From NCBI RefSeq assembly GCF_963921235.1, contig NC_086097.1:136960001-137024000 (forward strand): a stretch of DNA of 64,000 nt, written 5' to 3'. The stretch comes from Mobula hypostoma (lineage: Eukaryota). Shown here piece by piece: positions 38,920-50,877 of the stretch; positions within the stretch are counted from its first letter, which is position 1, and the number at the start of each line of letters is the position of its first letter. Made by a program: the position numbers and the translations under genes. The notes under the pieces are model-generated. The model was not told where the DNA came from, did not search any database, and saw only the letters and a program-made list of their open reading frames with translations.

Positions 38920-39460
38920 GTGGCACTGAATACCATTATTCCCTCAGGATTAATCACCAAAATCTGGGTATCTGTACCTCCCTCTGCAACTGGATCCTCC
39001 ACTTCCTCATCAGGAGAGCAGTCAGTGTGGATAGGCAATGACATCTCCTCCACGCTGACAACACAGGTGCAGCTCACAGAGATGCCCATCTCTCACAGAG
39101 CCCACTGCTCTACCCTCTCTACAGTCATGATTATGTGGGTAAGCACAGAACAAATGCTTCTATAAATCCAACACTGACAATAGTAGCGTTGGTAGAATCT
39201 CAGATAGCAACAAGGTGGTGTACAGGAGTGAGCTGGGTCAGCTGGCCGAGTGGTGCCACAACAACAACCTTGCACTCAAAATGTCAGCAAGACCGAGGAA
39301 CTGATTGTGGACTTCAGGAAGGGGAAGTCGGGAGAACACACACCGGTCCTCATGGAGGGGTCAGCAGCAGAAACGGTGAGCAGCTTCATGTTCCTGGGTG
39401 TCAGCATTGCGGAAGGTCTATCCTGAATGCAAAAGCATGCCAGTAGCTCTACTGTGTTAG
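38920..39460 (+). mobile_element. Decayed Rex1/Babar-type fragment
   Basis: Remnants ctgcaactggatcctccacttcct, gaggaactgattgtggacttcagg and agcttcatgttcctggg. Confidence 0.75.
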
Positions 39461-40149
39461 CAATTTGACAACCTGCCCATCTACCCTATCTATGGGATCC
39501 AAGACTAAGTTTGCCTCAAATGGTCATGGCACCTGTGAAAGGAGAAACGGTGCCCCAGACCACTGGTCACACAACATAGCAGGAAAACCCTTGAGTGAGT
39601 GTGCAGCCTTTCCCAAGAGAGTTCTGCCAAAGCTGGGGGCATCGTCGGAACAGGATCAGCAATAAAATAGCACATGTGAACCGTAGAATCTGGATCAAAT
39701 TAAGTGTCTTCCACAGGGAACACTGGATGAAACACCTTGCATTGCTGAGTTGGGGTGATATTATGTTTGGAGATAAGATCCAGTCTGGAAACCGGAAGGG
39801 GGAACACGGCACAGCATGTGGACGGGAGGGTGACCCACGAGACCAGCAGTGAGGGTATGGGAAAGTTGGACTATCAGCTGTGTGTGAGCATCACTCAGAA
39901 CCCAGAGTCAGCTCGCCAAGCAGTGAGGCACACTGAACTAGTCACAAGACAAGACGCCTACTGAGAGGGAGGGAGAGTTGAGAGCAAAAAGGTATAATGA
40001 CCATTGACAGTTCCGCCACAAATCGCTGAATTGGGAGGCCAGTCTGAAACTCATACATATCAGCAGCAAGGGTTATATGGAGGAACTCAGCAAGTAATGC
40101 GGCATCGATGGAGGGAAGGGGACAGTGAATGTTTTGGGTCAGGACCCCT

Positions 40150-40235
40150 AACCCTGCACTATTTCTATCTGCTACCCAAGATTCACAAATAAGACTGCCC
40201 CGGTAGGCCCATTATTTCTGCTTGTTCCTGCCCTT
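40150..40235 (+). mobile_element. Isolated PLE reverse-transcriptase fragment
   Basis: Translates to FYLLPKIHK*DCPGRPIISACSCP, the characteristic PLE RT N-terminal motif. Confidence 0.75.
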
Positions 40236-40369
40236 TATAGAACCTCTCCGCCATGGCAAAGGCTCATCTCTGCTACCCACAACCTACCTGTTGACAAATC
40301 TGACCAGAGTCATTAAGAGAGACTAGGGAATGGAAGTCATGCCCCTTATCAGCCATGTGAATTTTGTAT

Positions 40370-40850
40370 CTAAGGAAGGTGTGCTGGTCTAGAAAAGGTT
40401 CACAAGAATGACCCAGGAATGAAAGGTTTAACGTACAAGGTGTACTTGATGTCTTTGGGCCTGAGCTCAGGATGATGGGGATTCTGAAACCTCCTGGATA
40501 CTGAGTGGTCTGGATGAAGTGGGCATGGAGAGGGTGTTTCAATCACTAGGAGTCTTGGATACGAGGGCACTGCCTCAGAATAAAGGGACATCATTTTAAA
40601 GCTGAGATGAAGAGCAATGTTCTCAACCAGAGGTAGGTGAATCTGTGGAATTTGATGCTGCAGAGGGCTGGGGATGCCAAGACATTAGGTGTGCTCAAGG
40701 TAGAGATTGATAGGTTTTTGATTAGTAAGGGGTTTAAGGGTGATGGAAGGAAGACAGGAGAATGGAGTTGAGAAAAAAAATCAGCCATGATTGAATGGAG
40801 GAGCAGACTCGATGGGCCAAATGGTCTAATTTTGCTCCTAGAACTTACAG
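40370..40850 (+). mobile_element. CR1 3' fragment
   Basis: RT C-terminal remnant and a 3' UTR (gagcagactcgatgggcc) matching the reverse complement of about 620-660. Confidence 0.82.
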
Positions 40851-41404
40851 TCGTGTGACAGATCTAGCCCTAATTCGAGGTGCCCACAGAACACCTTGAC
40901 CAACAAGATGGACATCAGGCACTGAATGAGTGAAGGCTTTCCACCACAGTGGACAGGGTGCATGGAGCTCCAGAGGAAAGCTTTCGATACACCCTCATAA
41001 ACTTATTGGTCCCCTTAATGCAGCGACAATGCACTTTAAACTTCAGACTCACCGACAGGTAATAAATCAACTGAATTCCAATGAAGATTTGGTCATCTCC
41101 AGATCTGACTAACCTTGAATTTCCATCACTTTACCACAAGCAGTCGTGTCTTCAGCTGGGTCCCAAGTTCTGGCATTTCCCCACCAATTCCCTTCAGCAG
41201 TCTGCCCTCAGAATTTCCCTGCAGATCCCCTCCCTCAAACTCTCCTTCCCACATGAATCCTTTTGCCCTAAAAACCTCCTTATACAGCTCAACTGCAGTT
41301 TTAACTTAGTCGCAGCACAGTGATCCCCACGGGATATTAAAATGCTGGAGGAGCTGTGGAAGTAAAGATTGTTATTATTAAAATATTTAGTCACAGGGAC
41401 TCAC

Positions 41405-41569
41405 TTGCAGAGGCCGTCTCACAGACAAAGGTGACAAGCTCATCCTCAATCTTCTTGAAGGCGTCAAAGTCGTCCACGAAGAAGGCATGCCTGCTGCTGG
41501 GTTTGTTTGCAATGCTGATGAGCTCTGAGTAATCAGCATCAGCGACGCCAACTGCAAAGATACTGTACC
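41405..41569 (-). CDS. col14a1: col14a1 exon, VWA end ([55 protein letters not shown])
   Basis: Acceptor gctgtag, donor gtgagt, 165 nt, phase 1/1. Confidence 0.95.
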
Positions 41570-42499
41570 CTACAGCAGAAGGAGAAAAGGAGGAGGGGAG
41601 TGTCTTAATCTCATGGGATCCTGGAAGGACTGGACTAAAGCTGGTTCACTCACACTCCCCTCCCCACACCCCATCCCTTGCAGTCTCAAAAACACCATCC
41701 AGATGGGCTTAAGACATACATGGGTCAAGGTACCCCAGCTATGGGAACTTCCATTTTAATTGCAATACAGAATGCTCCTGGTCATATTACAGTCTGTATA
41801 TGGGTTTTCACAGCTCAGACACAGGCCACTCAGTCCAAGGGCTCCAATGCTGGTGATTCTGTCCCACAACAGCCCCCTTACATCATTTCCATTTCCTTCC
41901 ACTATTTCTCCCCAGTACGTTTCTTTCTCTTTAGTGTATCTGCATTAATTGCCTCAAAACACTCAATGTCAGAGGGGCTTTGAAATAGTGGTACTCAACA
42001 TAAATTAACTCTCAATTTGTCGATCAGGAGAACACTGACTCCATGGACCTTGCCTCTGGTTTTATCCTCAGCTATCTAAAACAACCTGCGCTCGGGAACT
42101 CTCATCTCCATGCACCATCGTAAACACTTTGATTGCCCCACCTCCCCCTCCGGTTCCCCCAATCTGAATGAGTGCAGAGCCAGTCCACTCATCAAGTGCC
42201 TGTCCTGATACTATTGAAGCATCTCCACCAGATTTCTCATTTGTAACCACCATACGAGTTTCCTCCGATTCATTTTTAGCCACTTCAATAAAAAGTACTC
42301 AGGTTTTAGTCATTTCCTTTATAGAGAAAAGTTTCTTAGTGTTTAGCCTCTTTACATCCCTCAGTTTTGTGCATCTCTATCTGCTCTCCCCTCAAACTCC
42401 GCTGCTTTCCCACCTGATCCCAATGACCAGTGTCCAATGGCCTATCGATCCCAACATTGAATATTCTTGATGACTACACATCCCCAGGGAGATCCAGAG

Positions 42500-43056
42500 A
42501 TCAAGCAACGCACATCAAAGTTGCTGGTGAACGCAGCGGGCCAGGCAGCATCTCTAGGAAGAGGTGCAGTCGACGTTTCGGGCCGAGACCCTTCGTCAGG
42601 ACGAACTGAAGGAAGAGTTAGTAAGAGATTTGAAAGTGGGAGGGGGAGGGGGAGATCCAAAATGATAGGAGAAGGCAGGAGGGGGAGGGATGGAGCCAAG
42701 AGCTGGACAGGTGATTGGCAAAAGGGATATGAGAGGATCATGGGACAGGAGGCCCAGAGAGAAGGAAAAGGTGGAGGGGGGAGAAATCCCCGAGGATGAG
42801 CAAGGGGTATAGTGAGAGGGTCAGAGGGAGAAAAAGAATGTGTGTATATAAATAAATAACGGATGGGGTACGAGGGGGAGGTGGGGCATTAGCGGAAGTT
42901 AGAGAAGTCGATGTTCATGCCATCAGTTTGGAGGCTACCCAGACGGAATATAAGGTGTTGTTCCTCCAACCTGAGTGTGGCTCCATCTTTACAGTAGAGG
43001 AGGCCGTGGATAGACATATCAGAATGGGAATGGGACGTGGAATTAAAATGTGTGGA
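42500..43056 (-). mobile_element. PLE 3' segment, inverted partner of the adjacent plus-strand copy
   Basis: GIY-YIG C-terminus THFNSTSHSHSDMSIHGLLYCKD...NIDFSNFR followed by the terminal repeat. Confidence 0.9.
42568..42603 (-). ncRNA. Minimal type I hammerhead ribozyme motif, core intact
   Basis: Minus strand: CGTC-CTGACGA-A-GGG(TCTCGG)CCC-GAAA-CG-TC^GACT. Confidence 0.7.
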
Positions 43057-43064
43057 TTCCCTTG

Positions 43065-43965
43065 AAAATTCGTCCCCCCCCCCCATCCCTCCCCACTGAT
43101 CTCCCTCCTGGCACTTATCCTTGTAAGCGGAACAAGTGCTACACATGCCCTTACACTTCCTCCTTTACCACCATTCAGGGCCCCAGACAGTCCTTCCAGG
43201 TGAGGCGACACTTCACCTGCGAGTCAGCTGGGGTGATATACTGCGTCTGGTGTTCCTGATGTGGCCTTCTATATATTGGCAAGACCCGACGCAGACTGGG
43301 AGACCGTTTCGCTGAACACCTACATTCTGTCCACCAGAGAAAGCAGGATCTCCCAGTGGCCACACATTTTAATTCCATGTCCCATTCCCATTCTGATATG
43401 TCTATCCACGGCCTCCTCTACTGTAAAGATGAAGCCACACTCAGGTTGGAGGAACAACACCTTATATTCCGTCTGGGTAGCCTCCAATCTGATGGCATGA
43501 ACATTGACTTCTCAAACTTCCGCTAATGCCCCACCTCCCCATCGTACCCCATCTGTTATTTATTTTTATACACACATTCTTTCTCTCACTCTCCTTTTTC
43601 TCCCTCTATCCCTCTGACTATACCCCTTGCCCATCTTCTGGGATTTTTCCCTCCCCTCACCCTTTTCCTTCTCCCTGGGCCTCCTGTCCTATGATCCTCT
43701 CATATCCCCTTTGCCAATCACCTGTCCAGCTCTTGGCTCCATCCCTCCCCCTTCTGTCTTCTCCTATCATTTTGGATCTCCCACTCCCCCTCCCACTTTC
43801 AAATCTCTTACTAGCTCTTCCTTCAGTTAGTCCTGACGAAGGGTCTCGGCCTGAAACGTCGACTATACCGTTTCCTAGAGATGCTGCCTGGCCTGCTGCG
43901 TTCACCAGCAACGTTGATGTGTGTCGCTTGAATTTCCAGCATCTGCAGAATTCCTCGTGTTTGCA
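43065..43965 (+). mobile_element. PLE 3' segment (Cys linker, GIY-YIG and terminal repeat)
   Basis: Translates to PCKRNKCYTC...HFTCESAGVIYCVWCS*CGLLYIGKTRRRLGDRFAEH, with one in-frame stop. Confidence 0.92.
43828..43865 (+). ncRNA. Minimal type I hammerhead ribozyme motif, intact, 5-bp stem I
   Basis: TAGTC-CTGACGA-AGG(GTCTCGG)CCT-GAAA-CG-TC^GACTA; predicted cut after 43860. Confidence 0.78.
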
Positions 43966-44218
43966 GAGATCAACAGCTGTCTGAGTGAAGAAATTTACCA
44001 TCTCGGCTGACCTCTTATCTTTAGCTATTGCCCCTGGTTCGAGGATCTATTGCTTGTCACCATTCACCCTATCCATCCCTACAGAGCCTTTCACATCACA
44101 ACGATGCCAATCCCCAGCCCCCTAAACAAAAAGTGATCAAAATTCCCACTGAACCAAGCCTACGTCATTCTGAACAGTACATCCAATTGCAATTTCCAGA
44201 ACATTCCCTCCCCATTAC

Positions 44219-44362
44219 CATCCATCTGCATCTCTTGGGAAATCTTCTCAACTTCATCTTGGGATCGACCATCCGTGATGACCACCAAGACATTGGGGAT
44301 GCCTCTCTGCAATCCTGCCTCGACTGTGAACACGGAATCCCTGGCATGTTTTATGGCTTTAC
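44219..44362 (-). CDS. col14a1: col14a1 exon, VWA ([48 protein letters not shown])
   Basis: Acceptor cgttcag, donor gtaatg, 144 nt, phase 1/1. Contains the ITDGRSQD motif. Confidence 0.95.
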
Positions 44363-47300
44363 CTGAACGTTAAAATAAACATAGGTTAATTAGTTGATTA
44401 GAATATACACCATGCTGTGCAACAACCTAACCAAACCCATATACCTGCACATGAGCCATTCCCTGCCTGTCAATGGAGCTGCCTAAATGCCTTTATGTTT
44501 TGCTATCACACCTGCCTCCGTCACCTCCCCTGGCAGTGCATTCCAGACGCCTACGTAATTCTCCTTTAAACGGTGTGTCTCTGAACATAAAGCTATGCCT
44601 TCCTGTGCTTGCAGTTCCACCCCGGGGGAAAAGACTCTGCCTTGACACAGGAGGCTATAGACGCTGTGATCTGAGATTAGCTTTATTTGTGCTTCGAAAC
44701 ACACAGTGAAACGTGGCACTTACATCAATATCCGACACAGTCCGAGGATGGGCTGGGGGGCAGCCTGCAAGTATCGCCATGCTTCCAGCACCAGCATAGC
44801 TTGCTGGCAACTCACTAACTCTCACCACACGTCTGGAACGTGGCAGGAGGCTGGACACCCAGAGGAAAGCCACACAGATTTGAGGAGAACACACAACCTG
44901 CTCACATTCAGCAGTGGGAATTGAACCCCGATCTTGCAGGCTGTAAGACGTTGCACTGGCCGCTACATCACCACGCCACCTGATCTGCCGGAAGGACTCT
45001 GCCCATTCTGTGCAAGGAGAGGAACTGCTGACTTTTTGCAGGGTCAAGATCCTGCATGAGTTGAGAGGGAAGATGGCCTGTACAAAGACGAGATGCCAGA
45101 GTTGAGTGATGGACTGAAGGATGGTGGGGGTGAGGTTCAGGTTAATTGACAGTAGACTGAATCAGGTAGGGGAGGGGCGTAATGACATTCAGAGACGGAG
45201 GCAGAATGCTTGTTGCTCCAGATTCCAGCATCTGCAGTCTCTTCTGTCTTTCTGGATTCCAGACTACTCTTTGTTGTTCAAAATATATTTATTGTCAAAG
45301 TATGTGTACCATACACTGTACAACTTTGAGATTCGTCTTCTTGCAGGCAACCACAAAACAAAGAAACACAATGGAACCCGCTGAAATAAATCCCACACAA
45401 CAAAGACCATCAAACAGCCACTGTGCAAAAAAAGACAAATCCTGCAGACAATAAAAAAGTAAACAAATAATACACACAGCATGAACCGCAGAGTCTCCAA
45501 AAGTGAGGTCACGGTCACGGAGCCAGTTCAGTGCTGAAACAAGTAAAGTTCTCGGAGTAGAGAGCTAAACACCTGTTCATCTTTCACCCTCGGCCTTGAC
45601 CTTTTTTTTAATCTGGCTTGGTGCTTAAATCAGCTAAACATCAGTTTGTTTTCCACTCTCGGGCCTGGATACTGCTGCGTCCGTCTGGCTCCAAGTTTCA
45701 AAATGGCCACTGTGGATGTACCTGCATTATCGAGAGTCCAGTTCACTGGATCCCTCAGGTATCTCCCCAAAAAAAAGCCAGGTCCTACAGATGGTTCAAA
45801 AGCACATCTCGCAAAGGGAAATTACAGGCTGTGGATAGCAGTGATCTTAGTCCAGACAAAGTGTAATTAATAGAATAGTTTTTAGTTTTGTGTGCTGCCT
45901 ACAAAATGCTGGCTTATCTCGCCAGCACCATCTTGTTAACACCCAACTAAATTTTACTGGAATCTACAATCTAAACTCTATGATTTATAAAGCACGTCAT
46001 TAAAGAAAGATATACAACCTAATATCACCTCTTCCGCCGGCAACATGCTTGCCGCATGAGACCACATATGGTATTTGTAATTATAACCCAAGTATGGGTT
46101 CACGTTCACTTCAAGCTCTGCTATGCTTGCTTGTTTCAGCAAGCCCTGGCTATTTTAATTCTCAAATATCCTATCCTGGTGATTCAGTGAGAATGATGTA
46201 AAGTTTAAACTATGATTGCCTCTGAGTTTTCACTCGCTGATTGTAGTGCTTTATTGAAAGAGGAGATCTGGAACCCTGGGGCAAGTTTCTGATAATATCT
46301 GTTTGAGTCTTTTGTACAGTGTGACCGCACATCCATCCCACATGTACAGAATCAGCTCTCTTTTCACTGCTAGCTGCTTTCCTTTAACCACTTCAATTTA
46401 ATGGACGTTTTTAACTCTTTTACACCGCTGAACAATCTCACCCAGAAAATGCTGATCAACAGTTCTGTCTCTGCCACACTGTTTTGCTCTCAGGCAGATG
46501 TGAAATTAATTATAAATTTCTGTCTTTGATTAAGAATACAACAATTCAAATGCACAAAAATAGCAGCACATGGCCCCTCCTGCAGAGATAAAAGTTATTT
46601 AAAGTTCTTTGATAACTTCCATATGAAGTTCTTTGATAGCGTGCTTTCACGCCTTTGTTTGGTGATGGCGTGCAATCCTTTATATCAAGCGGGCTGGAGC
46701 GTAGAGGAGTAGTTGCACGTCCATCCTCCAGGTATGCCACACTTTGTGGCTCCAGAAGCATCCCTGGGAAGAAAGAAATTGTTGACATTTTGGGCCAAGA
46801 CCCGGCATCAGGACTGCGATGTTAGCTCAAAGAGCAGAGTGGCAATAGGAAAGATTCTGAGCTGATGGCTGGGCTGAGGATAGGTGTGAGATGACTGTCA
46901 GGTATCAGTAGGTAGTGGAGGTGCGCGGGGGTGGAGTTGGCAGACCGTGACAGGTGAATGATAGATGGAGGCAGACAAAGAGAGAGAAAAAAGAAAAAAT
47001 GCAGATGGAGTAAGGTGGGCGGAGGGTGGGGCGGTTCTGTGGAGATGGGAGACAGCTGCTGGGGTGAGATTAACAGGAACAGCAGCCAGGAGATTCTGCA
47101 GATGCTGGAAATCTTGAGAAACACACACAAAATGCTGGTGGAACTCAGCAGGTCAGGTGGCATCTAATGAGGGGAATAAAGTGTCAACATTTTGGGCACG
47201 GAAGGGTCTCAGCCCTTCACGTTGACAGGGATACCATGCTGGATTCTGGTGAATACCATGAGGGGAGTGGGGAGAGGTGATTGACAGTTGAAGCCAGTTG

Positions 47301-47829
47301 GGAGAGGGCTGTGGTAACCTGTGTGTAGTGTTGGTGGATGGAGGAGGAGAAAGGAATAAAGATGAGTGAAGTGTTCAGCACAGCATTGTGGGCCGAAGGG
47401 CCTTTATTGTGCTGTAGTTTTTCTATGCTTCTAAGTGGCTTTGGGGGAGGGTGGAAAGAGGGACAAAAATGGGAGGAATATCCGTCACAGACTTCCAACT
47501 ACGCCCCCCACCACACTCCTCCCTTTCCTGGCACGACCTGCCTGTTATCCTAGACCTGTCCTCAGTCCACCAATCACTCCAGAATCCGTTCTCACCACTC
47601 CCCGTTCTCTTTCTAGGCTGGCCATCTTGCCTCTCTACTCCCAGCCCTGAGGGTAGGCCTAAATCATTGACAATTCCTTTCCACCCACCAAGTTTCTCCA
47701 GCAGATTGTGTGTTGCTCCAGATTGCAACATCTGCAATCTCTCAGATTCAAATAATATGCTGGTTAGAACACCCTTATGAAGTATATATCGCCCCTGGAG
47801 GAAACACAGTATAGATCTACCATAATCAA

Positions 47830-48485
47830 AGGACAGTTCCTCTTGTGAGAGAATCTAGAATGAGGGACTGTTGTTTAAAAATAAAGTGTTGCCTATTTAA
47901 GACAGAAATGGTGAATTATTTTCTCCAAGGATCATGAATCTTTAGAACTCTTTTCCAAAAGATGGTGGAAGCAGAGTCCTGGCGCATTGTGAACAGTTTT
48001 GGTCACCTTGTTATAGGAAAGACGTCATTAAGCAAGAACAAATATAAAGAACATGTACGAGGATGTTGCCTGGCCTTGGAGGGGAGGTCAGGTAAGATTA
48101 GGACTTTGTTTCTTGGAACGTGGGAGATTGGAAAGCGGTATACAAGATCATGAGGGGCTAAAACAGGGTGAAAGCACATGGTCTGCTTCCCCCAGGGAAA
48201 GGGTGCTTAAGGGAGGGCAAAAGGCTTAAGATCAGAACTGAAATATTTAAAAGGGGCAACAAGGGGAGGTTCTTCACACAGAAGGTTGTGTGCATTTGGA
48301 GTGAGCTGCCAGAAACAGTGACTTAGGCAGGCACATTAGCAACACTTTTAAGCCATCTAGATAAGTATGTGGATAAGAGAGGTTTAGATGGTTATGGGCC
48401 GAACACAGGCTGACGGGACTAGCTCACTGGGCAAGCCTGTCGATATGGACAAGTTGAGTCAAAGGGTCTATTTCAATGGCTTATG
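47830..48485 (+). mobile_element. Decayed CR1 3' fragments
   Basis: Remnants ttcttcacacagaaggttgtg and tggagtgagctgccaga, plus a CR1-type 3' UTR. Confidence 0.7.
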
Positions 48486-48725
48486 ACTGGGACCGGGACT
48501 GTGACAGCAGAGACAGATTGATAAGCAAGGCTGTGAAAACTTACCGGGGGGGGGGAGGTGGGCAGAAATATAGGGTTCAGATAGAGTCAGATAACAGGTT
48601 TGTTGCGTTTTTTAAAAATGTAGTGCAGGCCCCTCCAAACCAACAAACCTGCACCACCCAATAATATCCATGGGACCAATTAACCTATTAATCCCATAAG
48701 TAAACACAAAATACTCTGCAGATGC

Positions 48726-48920
48726 TGGGGTTAAAGCAACACTGACAACACGCTGGAGGAACTCAGCAGGTTGGGCAGCATCCGTGGAAACGATCAGTTG
48801 ACGTTTCAGGCCGGAGTCCTGACGAAGGGTTCCAGCCCAAAACGTTGACTGATCATTTCCACGGATGCTGCCCGACCTGCTGAGTTCCTCCAGCGTGTTG
48901 TCAGTGTTGCTTTAACCCCA
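48726..48920. repeat. Near-perfect PLE-derived palindrome (about 90-bp arms)
   Basis: tggggttaaagcaacactgacaacacgctggaggaactcagcagg... is inverted against ...cctgctgagttcctccagcgtgttgtcagtgttgctttaacccca. Confidence 0.92.
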
Positions 48921-49343
48921 TTAAGTCTTTGGAATGTGGGAGGAAACCAGAGCACTTGGAGGAAACTCACACTATCACGGGGAGAACATACAAACTCCTT
49001 ACAAACAGCGGCAGAATTGAATCTGAGTCACAGGTGCCGTAATAGTGTTACACTAACTGCTACACTACTGTGCTGCCTCAGTGTTAACATGAGTCACCTT
49101 GTCCAGCAGAGCTTACAGCTGACAAGCATTGCTTCTAAGCTACATACCCACTACACTGCTTGGGGTCCCAGTTTCTGCATTGCTCCTTAAACTACATGCA
49201 ATGAAATGAGCTTGATTGTGCAAAAAAATGCATGATTTATGTTGTTTACGTACAAATATTCGCACGTATCCATGCAGTGCATCATTTTAGCGCAAGTTTT
49301 CTTTTCCCCGCAACATTGTATGTTTATCCCCCAAAGTCTGTAC

Positions 49344-49467
49344 CTGTCTTTGTGTTTCCACCCTTGTACCTAATGCGTTGGATAGCTTGGAGGAGCCTCT
49401 CTTTGTCATTGTACGTGTTAAGTTGAAATTCTGTTCTGGGATCATCACTGAACTGAACGATCGCAAC
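49344..49467 (-). CDS. col14a1: col14a1 exon, VWA ([41 protein letters not shown])
   Basis: Acceptor ttaacag, donor gtacag, 124 nt, phase 0/1. Confidence 0.95.
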
Positions 49468-50877
49468 CTGTTAAAATTCAAAGGTTAAACTTCACGTCAG
49501 TAAAGCACAATATTTATATACCATGTTACAATGAACTGAACAGTTTTCCTTGCTGTGCGGGGTCAACAGGCTGAGAAAAGAAATTTGTCAATAAAATCTC
49601 TTAACAATGTACAACCCAGTTTCTCATCAAATCAATCCTCACATCAGCAGATGGGACATCTAATATTTACAGGGAGCTGAGGTGACAGGATCTCTCCTCC
49701 ATGGACTCCATGGGTTGGGCAACATGTAGACAGGAACAATGCTACAGGTTTATTGCCCTATAACACAGAACAAAGCCATTTGGCCCATTAATTTTGTGAT
49801 ATCTTACAGATCAAACCCCTGCTCCCTTTAGTTATTCCTATAAACTTATTCTCTCCACATTCCCATGCCAAGTTCACTTGGGGGCATCATATAACAACCA
49901 ATGAAAGCATCGGTTCACATCTTCGGAATGTGCCAGGACGCTGGGGCACCCATGGAAAACCCAAGCAGTCACGGAGAACGTACAAACTCCACAGTCAGCA
50001 CTGGAGGTCACAAATAAACCGGGGTCACTGAAGCTGTGAGGTTGCAAGGCCACTGGGTCAATTTGAGCTAAATCAGAAATTTTGGTCATTTGGTTCATTA
50101 TTTGCACATGTATTGAGGTAGAGTGGGAAAAAAAAACTTTGATTTGCACCCATCTATATAGTTCACTTCATCACATCAGTGCACTGAGATAGCACAAGGG
50201 AAAGAAATTACAGAATTCAGAATAAAGTGTTACAGTTACAGAGAAAGTGCAGTGCAGGTAGACAGTAAGGTGTAGGGCCATAACAAGGTAGATTGTCAAG
50301 TCAAGAGTCATCTTATCATACTAGGGGACCATTGAATAGTCCTATAACAGTGGGATAGAAGCTGTCCTAGAACCTGGTGGTACATGCATTCAAGCTTTTG
50401 TATTTTCTGCCCTATAGGAGAAGAAAATGTTGGGGGGGGGGGGGTTCTTTGATCAGGTTGGCTGTTATACCAAGATAGCAAGAAGTGCAGACAGTGTCCA
50501 TTGAGTAGTAGCTGGTTTCTGTGATCTGCTGATCATTTTAAGTCTAAGAAAGGAATCAGATTGTAATTTTTACCGGAAATTTATATTCTGTATGATGTCT
50601 GTACCTACATGCTGCTGCAAGTTTTTCCATTGTATCTGTAGCTTACTGTACTTGTGCAGTAAAACTTGACTTCATTCAGTGGGCAGGCACAGACAGAATG
50701 GGCCAGCTGGCACTTGAGCCAATGCATTTGATGATTCAAAGCCTGGTGCTGCTGTGGTGCAGGAAGAATGTGGAGAGACCTTGTTCTTCTCGGCAATCCA
50801 ATAGTCACCAAGGCACCGCCTAGTCCAAGTCCCTACCTAGTCAAGCACAAGGCCCAACTCCCCCAGCCAGTGCTCAC

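Noticed and set aside
42068..42283. 71-aa minus-strand Gly-rich ORF as a possible alternative exon
   Set aside because: No convincing splice sites or homology, and the flanking VWA exons join seamlessly without it.
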